Shown here: positions 16,413-32,025 of the stretch, piece by piece
How positions within the stretch are numbered: position 1 is the first letter of the stretch
Layout of the letters: each line of letters starts with the position of its first letter
NCBI RefSeq assembly: GCF_009914755.1
Contig: NC_060947.1
DNA from: the human T2T-CHM13v2.0 reference genome, Homo sapiens
Strand: one strand, 5' to 3'
DNA length: 64,000 nt
Made by a program: the position numbers and the translations under genes
The notes under the pieces: generated by a model
What the model saw: only the letters and a program-made list of their open reading frames with translations
Databases searched by the model: none
Told to the model about the DNA's origin: nothing

Positions 16413-18679
16413 CCTTTTTTCTACTAATCACTGGAACAGATTTAGTACCCAAGTAAAAATGCCACATGCTTGAATCCACTTAATAAATAAACATTTAGTT
16501 ACCTCTAATCCAGTAGTTCCAAATCTTGCATCCATGGATGAACTTTGGGTGGCACATGAGTGCTTAGAAGGTTGAGTGCCAAACTGAGACTATAAATGCG
16601 TATGTGTGTGTTTGTGGATAGAGCTTTTGTAACTTTCATGAGTTTCCCAAAGAGGGAAAAAAAAATGGTTAACTACTCATAGAGAGGGCAGTGGAAGCCT
16701 GGGAAATGGGTAAGCCCAAAGAATGTGGGGACAGAGGAAGGTCTCATGCAGAACACTAGGAAATCAACCAACTGTAAGATAAGTCAGGTATTTTCACAAA
16801 ATGATTCTCAAATCAGTGTCGCATAAATTGCAAATGGTTTGATTGAATTTCGTGATGGGAGGTCATTGTTGTAGACTACTGACCTGGAGCTTATGGATGC
16901 ACTTTATGAGACATGTATACTCTCTGAAATGGGATGTGAAATTTCCTATGTATGTGCATATGAGCATATTTCTGGGTAGATGAGCTATAGATTTCACAGA
17001 ATCTTAAAGAAGGTCCTTGACCTCTAAGAGGTTATAAACCATTCAGTTTAACTTCTGGCAGTGAAGGTTTCTTCCTATACACAACTCTTATTTTTCTATC
17101 TTTATGTAATCTCCTTCTTTCACCTCCTCTTCCTTTCCTCCCCACCCTGTTTCTTTCTTTCTCCACCCACCCCCAACTTTCTCTCTTTTCCTTACAAAGC
17201 AATGCAGAAGACTAATGCAGTCCAATCTGAATATGAAAGATGAGAGGAGTGAGCTCAAAGGGGTGATTCCAAGGAGATTAACAAACCTTTTGAAGTGAGG
17301 TCTAGCAGGTCTGCTCAGCAAGCAATTGAGTCCTTAACTGGCCCTCAGGAAGAAGACAGCTTGGGGAAGAAGCCATGGAAAGGAAAGCTTAGACTGACTA
17401 CATAATTAGTATCAAATTAATATACAAGATGAGGTGTCAGCTTTTTGAATGTGTAAGACACTATAAATGAGGAAAGCCATTGCCACCAGAAGGAACACTT
17501 AATGGGCTATTTATCATTGTAAAGAAGGCAGGAGGAACTTACTGACTTAGAAGGTTAACCAGAATCCTCATCAAGGGCCTCCTTAAATGAGAATTCAGTT
17601 AACAAGGTTTAGACAGCACCTGTCTTCATTAGCAATATAAATATTTCTTTATTACATTTTGGAATTAAATAAAGAATAAGATCAAGTTTCTTCACTGGCT
17701 GAATAAGTAGAGATTGATTCTTACCTAGTTGTGTGGATGGCCCTTAGTCTTCATCATTCCCAAGAACAATTCATGAAGCAAGAGCTACCATATGATAATT
17801 TTCACTTTTCCAGGACTTCTATCTTTCATAAAAGAAGCTGTCCTTGGCATCAGTGAGAAGTCTCCAGGAACAGACTGACTCACTGACAGAATCGCCTCAC
17901 AATAATCTGGTATCCAAATGATGCATATTTAACACTATGCTAATTACTTTTCATTGATTTGATTGTCACAAAGCATCTATGATGTAAGTATTATTACCGT
18001 CTCTAATTTACTAGATAATGAAACAGTCCCAGTGATGACACATACATACAGATGGTCATACATTTGTTTAAGAGGTAAAATTAATAATTGAAGTCAGGTC
18101 TGCCTGATACAAATTACATGTTCTTCCTCCCAATCCATACAATCATTATGACAAAATAATGTGACTAAATTTATGTATAAACATAACAATCTTTCAAAGG
18201 AGTCATCTTGTCTGACTCTATTGTACTCATATTGCTTCAAAAATTTTTAGAACTTCAAGAATGTCTTCGTGGTCTAAGAATAATTGTTTTGAATCTTCTC
18301 AATGGCGATAAATTTTATTTTTGGGGGAGATTAAAAATATCTTTATTGAGACATAATTCACATACCATACAACGAATTTATTTAAAGTATACAATTCACT
18401 AGTTTCTTTACTATTATTTTTTTTAAAATATGGCAAAACATGTATAACAAAATTTGTCATTTAACCATTAAGGTGTACGATTCAGTGGCATTAACTAGAT
18501 GACTGTATCATTTTATTTTTTTACTGTTATAAGAAATGCTGCAAATATACATCCTTATATATACTTTGTGCAAATGATTCCATAAGATAGAAAACTGTCA
18601 TCTGTGATGGGCCAATGATAAAGAGTGATAAAAACGGGTTGGTCTTTTCCTACGATCACTACATTACCATTAAACATGA

Positions 18680-18882
18680 TTGTTTTTATTTCAATAGGTT
18701 TTTGGGGAACAAGTGGTTTTGGTTACATGAATAATTTCTTTGGTGGTGATTTCTGAGATTTTGGTGCACCCATCACCAGAGCAGTGTACACTGTACGCAA
18801 TGTGTAGTCCTTTATCCCTCACACCCCTCCCACCTTTTCCCACGAATCCCCAAAGTCCATTGTATTATTCTTATGTCTTTGT
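18680..18882 (-). mobile_element. L1PB-type 3' end
   Basis: GGTGATTTCTGAGATTTTGGTGCACCCATCACC; CCCCAAAGTCCATTGTA. Confidence 0.8.
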
Positions 18883-19087
18883 GTGATGGTGGTAAATTTT
18901 AATTCTTTGAGGGAGGAATGCTTTTTGGAAACCAGCAAAGAGTCATTCTATTGATTTAAATGTGATTAAACTGGATAATAAAGTTTGGGCAGAAATAAGT
19001 TGTGTTTATAATGTAACATATTTATTTTCTTGCATAGTTCTTATATCAGCTCAGCAGCTAAAGAGTTCATGAATTAATGAGTAGATG

Positions 19088-19453
19088 GGTATCTTGCTCT
19101 GTTTGGGCTTTTATAGGTGAATACCATAGACAGGGCGGCTTAAAACAACCAAAATTTATTTCTTACAGTTCTAGATGATAAGTCCAAGATCAAGATCAAG
19201 GGACCAGCAGATTCAGTGTCTGATGAAGTCCTGCTTCCTAGTTCAGAGAGGGTGCCTTATTGTGTCTTCACATGGTGGGAGAGGCAAATGAGCTCTCTGG
19301 AGTCTCTTTTATAAGGGCATTAATCCCATTCATGAAAGCTCTGCCCTCATGACCCAATCACCTACCAAAGACCACACTTCCTAATATCATCCCATTGGGG
19401 GTTAGGATCTCAACATATGAATTTTGGGGATCACCAACATTCAGTCTCTAGCA
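19088..19453 (-). mobile_element. MLT1A-like MaLR LTR
   Basis: AATTTATTTCTTACAGTTCT..AAGTCCAAGATCAAG; ATAAGGGCATTAATCCCATTCATGA; CAACATATGAATTTTGGGG. Confidence 0.8.
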
Positions 19454-20783
19454 ATGGTAAACAAATCTCCCAAAAGGATTACAGTTTGACTTTGAAGGTG
19501 GATACTCATTAGAAAATATGGGTTCAGATATATCTGCTTTGTTCAATTTTTTTTAGTTATTTAGTGACACCATGTATCTCCTAGCAAGAACATCAGTTGG
19601 ATTGACTCAAAAGTAACACAGGTGGTCCTCTCTTTAGTAGGTTTCATTTTTATATCTTATAACTCAGCCTCAGACTGGCATCCTCCCTAGAGATAAAACT
19701 TGCAAACACAGACTAACCATCAACCAGAAAGATTCATGACAGCAATGTGCAGAGTGAATACTCAAGAATAAATACAATTTAGGAGGAGTTCTTCATCTTA
19801 TCTGAAGAAAAGAAACTCTGAATCTTTGCCCATTTTTATAACCTAATCTCTTTTTATAAAGTAAAACTTTTGGATGCATCTGTTGAGCAATAAATTTATT
19901 TTATCACTTTTCAACCAAATGCTTGGCCCATAGATGTATAACTTCTTGCTAATTTTAAAATCATCTCATTTTTACAGGCATGAAGAATCTGTAATTAGGC
20001 AATACATGATTTTTATACAACATTATGTACAGAATGAGACAAAATAAACTATGATAAAATCAACACTTATAGGTTTATTGAAATAATCCAACTAAATCAT
20101 ACATTTGATTACAGCTAAAGGCTTGGTTCTAGTCACAGCATGTACTTTTTCTCAATGTACAGTCTCCATATATTGTCCACCACTAACTCCCTAACTCCAA
20201 GCCAACATTTCCCACGTATACTCCTTTCCAAATACCAGACTCATATCCAACTATCTTTTGGACATTTCCACCTGGATGTCCACAGTGAAGACTGTTGTTT
20301 ACAGCTGTGCAGGCGGTGTACTATATACCTCCCAGAGGAAGGGGAGCCATTTACATAGAACACCATATAAATACTGCCTCCAGGAGTTGTATAACACAAC
20401 TACCTTGTGTGCGGACAAAACACATCCAAAATTAAACTTTAAAAAGTCCTTCAACCAAAATGACCTTATCTTGCTGAGTTCATTTTTGTTGAACTGATAG
20501 TGTTGCCCTTTCTCTGTCACCCAGCATTGAAGTTTAGAAGTGTTTTTGAAAGTTCATCTTGGGCTCTACCTTCAATCACTGACTGAGCCAAGTAGATTCT
20601 TACCTTCAAGATGCTTACCAGATCCATCTTCTGTTTTCCTTTCCCAGTGGAAAAACTCCTGACTGTTCCCTCTTAGTTTGGAGTTATAGAATTGTAGATT
20701 TGAAAGCAATCATGGATTTTACGGACTCAGGCCAAACCACTCATTTTACAAATGAGGTAACCGAAGTCAAGAAAAGTTAAATG

Positions 20784-21086
20784 GGCCAGGTGCAGTGGCT
20801 GAGACCGGTAATCCCTGCACTTTGGGAGGCTGAGGCAGGCAGATCACTTGAGGTTAGGAGTTCGAGACCAGCCTGGGCAACATGGTGAAACCCCATCTCT
20901 ACTAAAAATACAAAAATTAACTGGGCATGGTGGTGGGTGCCTGTAATCCCAGCTACTCAGGAGGCTGAGACAGGAGAATCTCTTGAACCTGGGAGGCGGA
21001 GGTTGCTGTGCCCTGAGATGGCACCACTGCACTCCAGCCTGGGCAATAAAGTGAGACTCTGTCTCAAAAACAAACAAACAAAAAAA
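20784..21086 (+). mobile_element. AluS
   Basis: Full Alu; TSD AAAAGTTAAATG. Confidence 0.92.
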
Positions 21087-21474
21087 GTTAAATGACCTGA
21101 TGAAGGTGGCATATATAACAAGTTTAGTGATAGAAATGAGATCAGAATAAGAATCTCCTAGTCCTCCTGACCCTCATTCTTCCACTATAAAGTGATTGTG
21201 TCTTTGCTCACCTGGCCCCATCATCTATCTCCTCTCTTTTCCTACTTCAGTTCATTCTAAAACCTATGGCCAGATCCATCTATATAAAATATTACTTTCC
21301 TCATAAATCTTTTATCTCTCCACATTGATTGTAAAGTAAGCACGAATTCCCTATTCAATGACTCAGTATGGATGCAACCTACCTTTCTAGTCCAGTTTAA
21401 AAACAAAAAATGTATCAATATAATTTATTCACATTAATAAAGGAGGAAATTATATGTTTCTTTCAAGACTATCA

Positions 21475-22405
<931 letters not shown>

Positions 22406-23301
22406 TATATTAAAATATAAAGAGATTTTAAGCAAAGAAATAAAAAATCCTGACTTCTTAATTTCCTTTGGTTTTAACCATGAAACATTATTTGATCCTG
22501 CCCAGTGTGAGAAAATTTAAAAGGGGATGTGATTTAATGCCATCTCTCCAGTCAATGTGCAGGTAGGTAGAGTTTTTTCAATGATGAGAAGACCAGAGGT
22601 TGAAAGGGGAGCTCAGTGTGCAGGTGAAACAAAGCTGGTTAAATGAACCAGAAGTCCATGGTGACCCCTGACAGGATGCTGCAGCAAATTTAAGGATACT
22701 CAGCATCAGTAGAAAGAAGCCAATGAAGACCTAAAGAGGTAACTGCAAATATTTAAGGCTTTATACAAAAGGTACTTAATAACACTTCGATGCTTGCATT
22801 TCATTAAGATTCTGCCTTTGAAGTCAGCCTGACCAAGGTCTGAGTACCAGCTTCCCATCATTCTTTGGGTAATGTTTAAAATTTAACCCCTTTGAGGCTC
22901 TGTTCCCTCATGAGTAAAATAGGATTAGTAGTAGTATTCACTTGTTTGGGGTGGCTCTGAGAATAAAAAGGAATAATGCTGTAAAATGTACAACATAGTT
23001 CCTAGAGCATAAGTGGACAATAAAGGACAGATATTAATTTTTCTGTATTCCCTAAAAAGGAAGGAAGGAAGGAGGAAACTTTTTAGCAAACGAGAAACAG
23101 AAAGATAATTCTTTAACTTGTTAAAGGTTACATTTTTAAAAAACTATAATAAGTATTAAAACAATGAAGAAACTTTAGATTTATTCTCTTTGAGATCAGA
23201 AACAAGACCATAGTTCCCATCTATCACTGCTAACTTTTAACCTATTGCTGTCAGCCATGGCCAATGATATAAAGAAAAAAATAATTAATAAAAAATGAAA
23301 G

Positions 23302-23668
<367 letters not shown>

Positions 23669-24065
23669 CTACCTAAAAACCATCAGCAACAGATTCAGCA
23701 GACAAACTGCAGAATTATAATTAATATGAGAGTTCAAAGTGGTTGCCAGATAAAATATCAATCTCCAAAAATAACTTCCATTTCTTCACACCAGTAATAA
23801 CATGCTAGAAGAGACATGCAAATGTGAAACTGTCACAATAGCAAAAAGAAATTACAAATAATATAAAGACAAAAGTAACAAATGCCTTTATGGAGAAAAA
23901 ATTCCAATAAAAGAATAAAATATTATTTAAATAAATGGAGAAATGGTCCATACTCTTGGATAGGACAACTTATTGTAAATATTCTCACCAATTTAACCTA
24001 TTTAATGCAATACCAATCTAAATTCCAGTTGAATTGTTTGAGGAACTTGATAAATTTTATTTAAA

Positions 24066-24407
<342 letters not shown>

Positions 24408-24495
24408 TAAAATTTATATCGATGAATAAAGGTCTATGAATAGCTAAGTTAACCCTATAAAGGCAATGATGGAGTTACCTCAAGAATAATAGACT

Positions 24496-24628
24496 AGCCC
24501 TGCATAGTGGCATGTGTCTGTAGTCCCAGATACTTGAGAGGCTGAGGTGGGAGGACTGTTTGACCCAGGAGTTCAAATCCAGTTTGGGCAAAATAGAGAG
24601 ACCTTGTCTCTAAATAATAATAATAAAT
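24496..24628 (+). mobile_element. FLAM-like Alu monomer
   Basis: Single monomer ending GACCTTGTCTCTAAA(TAA)n. Confidence 0.75.
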
Positions 24629-26053
24629 AGAACAAATGGAACATAATAGCAAAACAAATCAAAGGAAGAAAAAGATTGATAAACCAGCTCACTGTATGGA
24701 GAAAAATGTAATCAGGACCTTAACTAACTGCACAAATGCAAAAGAAAACATTGATTATGTTGGTAACTTCAAAATATCAAAGTTCTGTTAAACTAAGGAC
24801 ATCTCTGACAAAATTATTACATGATAGAATTATGGAAGCTGATAAGAATTTTGAAATTTCAAAAAACAAAAAACAAACAAGGAGTTAATATCTAGAATAT
24901 ACAAGGGTATTTTGCAAATCAGAAAGATAAAACTAGCACACCCAATAGAAAAATGGATAGAGAATATGAACAAGCGATTTAGAGAATAAACTCAAAAAGG
25001 TAGCAGAAATATGATAAGGTGTTCAAAATCACTGAAAATCAGATATATGAAAATTAAAACAGTGTGCATATCATTTTACACTTATTAGACTGGCAAAATT
25101 CTAAAAGCTATAAAACGACAAATGTAGGCATGTGGTAATAGAACAAAGGTTCTGTTCTGTTGGCAGGAGTGTAGACTGTTGCAGCCATTACAGACAGCAA
25201 CTGATCTGTACACAGTCAAATTACCAATATGGCCAACAGTTTCACTAAGGATAGAAACCAAAGATTCTCACAAAGGCCAATAAGAAGACACAGACAAAAC
25301 ATTCACGTCAGAATTGTTTATGGCATCAGGAAGATGAAGGTAACCAGAAAGTTCCTCATTAGAAAAGTGGACAGGTAAAATATGGTACACACAAATGTTT
25401 CATGAAGTTCTAATGCAGCAGTTAGAAGCAATGCATTAGAATCACTTACCACACCTTAAATAGATCTTTAAAACATACTGCTGAGTAGAAAAGTAGGGCA
25501 CAGAATGAGATACAATGTGTAACAGAATACCATTTTCCTAAATTAAAACCCATGTGTATAAAAATCTCCACATATTTGGCAGTAACACAAACAAGAATAC
25601 ATATCAAACACATATTCAATGTTAAATAAAATGTCATTTAAATAATTATTTATAGGTTGAAGACAAAAATGGGAGTAGGTTGTGAAGATTAAAATTAATT
25701 AATTAATTATTAAACCAAGCTGATTAAGAAGAAACAAAAAACCTAAATAAACTGGTAATCATTAAACTGAGTATGTGAACAAGTCTTCTCCCTTACCATA
25801 CTCAAAACAGATACCAGGGCCTTGCAGATATACATGCAAGTTTTACTAAAACCATCAGGCAGAGATAGTTACTATTCATAGAACCTAATTTAGAAACTAG
25901 AAAGAGAGGGGGTACCCAGCTCATGCCCTGAGGCCTATATACGACTTGGATACCGAATCCAGATGATTTTGGTATAAGAAATATATACAGTATAAGACCA
26001 AATTCTCATATGCACATGAGTGCAAAGTATCCTAAACAGAACACAAGAATATC

Positions 26054-26355
26054 AGCCAGGTGTGGTGGCTCACACCTGTAATCCTAGCAATGTGGGAGAC
26101 TGAGGTGGGCGGATTACTTGAGCCTAGGAGTTCAAGACAAGCCTGAGCAACACAGTGAAACCCTATCCCCACAAAAAAATATGAAAATTAGCCAGGCATG
26201 GTGACACACACCTGTAGTCCGAGCTACTCAGGAGGCTGAGGTGGGAGAATCACCTGAGCCCTGGAAGTCGAGGCTGCAGTGAGCCTTGTTTGAGCCACTG
26301 CACTCCAGCCTGGGAGACAGAGTGAGTTTCTGTCTCAAAAAAAAAAAAAAAAAAA
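26054..26355 (+). mobile_element. AluJ
   Basis: Full Alu; TSD ACAAGAATAT. Confidence 0.9.
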
Positions 26356-26520
26356 GAATACAAGAATATGAAGTTGAACAGTGTATAAAAACCTGATATA
26401 ATTCAACATGGTAGCATTTTCCACAAGAATGAAAGAATGGGTCAAAATTGGGAAATCTAATTATATAAATTACGATATTAACAGATTAAAGGAAAACTAC
26501 GTATCATTATTTACACAAGC

Positions 26521-26932
26521 TTCTATGGATCGGATATGGTTTGTTTGTCCTCACCAAAATTCATACTGAAATTTTATCCCGAATGTGGCAGTGTTGGTAG
26601 ATGGGGCTTAGTGGGAGGCATTTGGTTCGTGGGGGCAGAGCCATTATGAATGGCTTGGTGCCCTTCTAGAGGTAATGGATGAGTTATTGCTCTCACAAGA
26701 CTAGATTAATTATCCAGGAATGGATTAATTCCAAGGAGAGTGGGTTGTTATAAAGCCAGGATGCCTGTTGGTTTTGTCTCTTTGCATGTGTCCACTTCCC
26801 CTTGACCTTCTCTGCTATGTTATGATGCAACATGTGGCCTTGGCCAGAAGCCAAGGTCGTGTCCTCGAATTTCCTGGCATGCAGAACAACAAGCTAAATA
26901 AAATTCTTTTCTTTATAAATTACCTAGTCTCA
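26521..26932 (+). mobile_element. MSTB-like MaLR LTR, 3'-clipped
   Basis: GATATGGTTTGTTTGTCC..ACCAAA; ATGAATGGCTTGGTGCC; TTTCTTTATAAATTACC. Confidence 0.75.
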
Positions 26933-28260
26933 GACCCAGCAGTCCCATGAGAAATGAAAACATATGCCTCACAAAAACTTATATGCAAAATTTCATAGCA
27001 ACTTTATTCATAATCTAAAATACCCCTTCAACTGGTAAATTAACAAATACATGGTAGTACATCCATACAATGGAATTCCACTCAGCAACAAAGAACAATC
27101 TATTGAAATACATAACAACATGGAGGAATCGTAAACACATTATGCTAAGTGAAAGAAACCAGATACCCAAAATCTACATGCTGTGTAATCCATTTATATG
27201 ACATTTTGGATAAGACAAAACCATTGGGATGGAGAAGAAATCAGCAGTTTCCAGGGATTGTGCATAAAGAAAGGAGTTGACTACAAAGGGATATTATTTC
27301 ATATATCTTGTCTGTGGTGATAATTACACAACTCTATGCATTGGTCAAATACTCATAGCATGTACCAAAAATAGTGAATTTTACTCTATATAAATTTTAA
27401 AAATAAATAATTTTCATAGGGATAATGAGCAATTCACAAAAGAAGAAATCCAAATGGCCAATAAACCCCTTTCATGGCGTTATTCTAATAAACCCCTTTA
27501 ACATCACTAATATCAGGAAATGCAAATTTAAAACTACAAAATAACATTTCCCACTCAGAAGACTGGAAAACTTAAGAAGTTGGTTAAAGATTTTGAGAAA
27601 AGGGAATTCTCATAAACTGCTGGTGGGAATGGAAATTGACACATTCAGAGAGCAATTTGGTAATATTTTGTAAGGTTGAAGATACATATAATGTATATCT
27701 ACAATTCTGCTTCTTTGTACCTGGAAGAAATCTAGCACATGTGCACAAGAAGACATGCAACAGAATGCTAAGTGCAGCATTATTTATAATATCAAACATT
27801 GGAAGTAATATATATGTCAGTCAAAAGGAGAATGTATAAATAAACTAGTGACATTTTGATGCAATGAAATGATGTTCAGCATTTGAAATGCATGAACAGA
27901 GGCCAAGTGTATCAAATAAATAAATATCGATAACTAAATGTTGAGTGAATGAAACAAGCTGCAGAATAACACATGTGGTATGATATTTACATAAAGTTTG
28001 AAGACAAGTAAAACAATACTACATATTGTATATTGATAAATACGTACTTAGTAGTCATTTAAAAACTTGAAGTGGAATGATAAACACTAAATTTAGGATA
28101 ATGATTACCTCTGAGGAGGATTGGAAAGGAATGAGATCTCGGAGAGCCACAAAGAGGTCTCTAACTCTATATGTAATGTTTATTTTCTTCAAAATAAAAA
28201 TACAAAGAAAATTCGGCAAAATGCTGAGAATTTATTTGTTTTCTTATTTTCTGAATGTTT
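26933..28260 (+). mobile_element. L1MC/L1ME 3' fragments
   Basis: GAAATGAAAACATATG; ATTATGCTAAGTGAAAGAA; GAAGAAATCCAAATGGCCAATAA; CAGCATTATTTATAATA. Confidence 0.75.
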
Positions 28261-28366
28261 TGCAAAAAAAAGAAGAAATAATAGAAAATTATTCATGTAA
28301 ACATGTCCATTGAAAATTATCTCATAGCTGCAGTGGTTCACGTGCTGCTCTTTGGGAAACAATACT

Positions 28367-28733
28367 TGTATTAGTCTGTTTTCACACGGATATAAAGAAC
28401 TTCCCTGAGACTGGGTAATTTATAAAGAAAAGAGGTTTAATTGACTCAGTTCTGCATGGCTGGGGAGGCCTCAGGAAACTTACAATCAAGGTGGAAGGGG
28501 AAGCAGGCATGTTTTATTTGTCGGCAGGTGAGATAGAGAGAGAGAGAGAGCCAGTGCACGAAGGAAGAAGAGCCTCACACTTATCAAACAACCAGATCTC
28601 TTGAGAATTCACTCACTATCATGAGAACAACATGCGAGAAACCACCCCCACAATCCAATCACCTCCCTTTCTTGACAAGTGGGGATTACAATTTGAGATG
28701 AGATTTGGGTGGGGATACAGAGCCAAACCATAT
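28367..28733 (-). mobile_element. THE1D/MSTA-like MaLR LTR
   Basis: TGTATTAGTCTGTTTTCAC...GGCCTCAGGAAACTTACAATC...GAGATTTGGGTGGGGA.ACAGAGCCAAACCATAT. Confidence 0.85.
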
Positions 28734-28734
28734 G

Positions 28735-28905
28735 CTCTAGTGGCTTAGAACATAGACTACAGAAGTCAGGTTCAAATCTTGCCTCTACCATGTACTGGCT
28801 GTGTGGCCTTAAGAAAGTTACTTAATCTCTTTAAACAGCAGTTTCCTCTTTGGGAAGTTGGGGTAGTATCTGCTTCCTAATGTAGTTGTGATAATTAAAT
28901 ACTGA
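28735..28905 (+). mobile_element. MIR
   Basis: GGTTCAAATC..GCCTCTACC..CTGGCTGTGTGGCCTT..AAGTTACTTAA.CTCT. Confidence 0.75.
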
Positions 28906-30453
28906 TTTAGGGATAGTCAGGAAGGATAATAACTTCAAAACAGTACATTTTCTGGCCCATGGAAATTGCTAAAAAAATGAGAGTTGTTATTGAATAAATT
29001 ATTACCAGTGGGTTAAAGTCAAGAAAGACATTCTGGAAGAAGTGACACTGGTTTGCTTCTCAAAGGACTTTGAAAAATTAACCAGCTGTGCAAGGGAATC
29101 ATTGGGTGTTTTATACAAAAGGAACAGACTGCATATGGTCAGAAGCATGAAAGTACATGATCAAACTTGGGGAGTATCCATGAACAAAGCCAAACATCTA
29201 ATTTTTGTACTCCTAGTCTCTGACACATATTTCACCTCCAACCTTGGGTGTATCCTTTACAAAGCACAGCATAAGTCAAAACACACTTTGGAGATGATGA
29301 TGAATAGTTTTGACATGAGTGGAAGGAATGATGACCTGTGGGAAGCAATAATTTATCTGGACTTGAACAAATTGTGTAGTCATATGATAAAAACAGAACT
29401 GGAAGGAAACATGGTGAACACATCTAATGATCATCCTTCTTTTCCCTACTTTTATTTTCGTTTTCTATAGTATCTTCATTTTCCAGATGCCCTATGGAAA
29501 ATGAGTCTGCTGAAATAATGCTACTCAAGTTATAAATCTTTAGACAAGATTGATATAACTGATGAAATTAGCTTTTTGTTGGGGTTCAGTGGCTGAACAA
29601 TGGACTGGATCACTGCCTGACTGGTTGAATTACATTAATAACCAGACTCAGAACTTGTAGGTCTGGCTATTACGTTGTCCTAAGGAACAAGACAATCCAG
29701 AATGATTCTAATTCAGTAAAGCTTGCATTTTATGACAGTCAAAATTTTAAATTGAATAGAAAATGATAATTGTGGTGGTGCCACATAGTTATAACCTAAC
29801 CGTAACATTCTTTTTCTTAGAAATACAAAAAATAGACGTGAATGGGGAAAATAACAAAATGGCCAAAGGGCCTGTAGAATAAATCAGAATTCTGTTACCA
29901 CACCACTGTAACATTATACCCAAGTCTTGCTAATCATATTGTATTAGCAACTATATACAAGATAGGTATGATCAGGTAGCTTGAGCCAAATCTCTTCTTA
30001 ATACCAATGTCCTCAGGGAGAAACGGAGAACCAAAACTCTAGTAGCAATGGCATATTTAGTGTTATGAAAGGAATTGATATTGGAGCCAAGGCAACAATT
30101 TTCCTCTTTGTCCAAACATCTGAAAATGATAATTTTTCAAAGATGTCTAAAATCAACGTGGAGCAAGAAGGAAAATGGTCACGCAAAAGCCAATGCAGTC
30201 AAGAGCTTAGAACAGTTGTGCAGCTTAGTTTGGCAACTCAAGCACACAAGCCTCCCAAATAACACAGGGTGCAATTTCATAGCTTGGGCTGCCCTGTTTC
30301 TCGAATTCTGCCATAAATTAGTCTACTAAGTATATTTGTTTGACAACCCATAAAAATATTCATAAAGGTGTTCTTTCAGAAAACAAAAAATGAAGATTGC
30401 TGATTTTCAATGGGTGAAAAGTTTCCCAAAAACACATTTTTTAAAAAGGTTAG

Positions 30454-30749
30454 GGCCGGTGAGATGGCTCAAGCCTGTAATCCTAGCAATTGGGGAGACT
30501 GAGGCAGAAGGATTGCTTGAAGCCAGGAGTTCGAGACCAGACTGAGCAACAAAGGGAGAGTTTGTATCTAAAAAAGAATAAAACAACTTAGCCGGAGGTG
30601 GTGGTACATGCCTGTTGACACTGCTACTCAGGAGGCTAAGGTAGAAGGATTCCTTGAGCCCAGGAGTTTGAGGTCTGCAGTGAGCCATGATCCCATCACT
30701 CCAGCCTGGGTGATACGGTGAGACCTAGTCTCAAGAAAAAAAAAAAAAA
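30454..30749 (+). mobile_element. AluJ
   Basis: Diverged dimeric Alu. Confidence 0.88.
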
Positions 30750-30850
30750 GCTAGGAAGTAAATTTTTATCAAAATACATTATGGATTTTTAGTTTTTTAA
30801 CTTTGCAGATTAACTTCTATTTCATTCAAGCCTTAAAACATGCCTCCCTC

Positions 30851-31165
<315 letters not shown>

Positions 31166-31189
31166 CCCTCCTTCTTGCTTCCCATTTTA

Positions 31190-32025
31190 GATGAAAAAGA
31201 CTAGCACAGAGTCCCCTTGACTGGCCAAAGTCACATACAAGGAGGTCCTGAGCCCATAGCCAAGGCCTGGGGTCCAAAAGGACCAGGCAGCCTGTGTCCA
31301 GGGACAGTTTTGGTCCACAGTGAGACCCTGATGGCTATTGCCACGCTGGTGGGACAGGCTCCTCTCCTGCGGGACTACACATACAAGATAGCTACTGTCA
31401 TATCCTCCAGGTCCAAGGGGCTGAACTGAGCACTTAACACAAAAGGTGAATGTTGTAAAGGGACAAATCATGCCTGGAAGGTCTCAAAAGCCCGGAGATG
31501 CAGCAGCAGACAACAGCTGCAAGTTGTCACGACTGTTGCCTGACAGTGGCTGCTGCAGGTTTCTCAGAGGAAGGGAAGGAAGTCCCAGTCCTCCTGCAGG
31601 TTCAGGAGGCCTCGGGTTATCCTCAAACTCACCCTTCTGGTCGACCTTCTGGCCCCCTGCATATGTGAAGCCCAGCTTCACACAGATGATGAAGGGCAGT
31701 GGGTAGATTGGAACCCTGGGCTTTTCCTGAGATTCCCCTAGCAGTAGAGGCCCGTGAGCTTGTTCTCATCAATGTCACAAAACAGACCAACCTTACGCTG
31801 CAATCCAGCCTGCACCCCTGCTTGCCCCCAGTTCCCGATGGTGAAGATCACCCAGTGCGTGAGGACGAGAAAGTGGGAGCAGCAAGGCCAGATGGTGGCC
31901 TCCAAGACAGAGTGTGTGGTCGTGTGCTGGTGGTAGCAGTAGAGGAGGAGGCTCTGCTCCACGTCGACAACCCCACCGACTTTTCCGAAGTGGTCAAAGA
32001 AAAACAGCAGGTCTTCTGGCAGCCC
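31190..32025 (-). pseudogene. Retrocopy of the 3' half of B3GNTL1 (QTGAL, queuosine-tRNA galactosyltransferase), CDS homology 31564-32024 plus putative 3'UTR
   Basis: Minus strand reads LPEDLLFFFDHFGKVGGVVDVEQSLLLYCYHQHTTTHSVLEATIW...QRKVGLFCDIDENK...PFIICVKL...FEDN..LNLQEDWDFLPFL-stop. The recalled B3GNTL1 sequence is [42 protein letters not shown]...QRKVVAFCDVDENK...PFVICVKL..FEDN..LHLQEGQDFLHFS. Collinear without introns; indels and TAG at 31738-31740. The 3'UTR extent is a guess from GC content. Confidence 0.88.
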
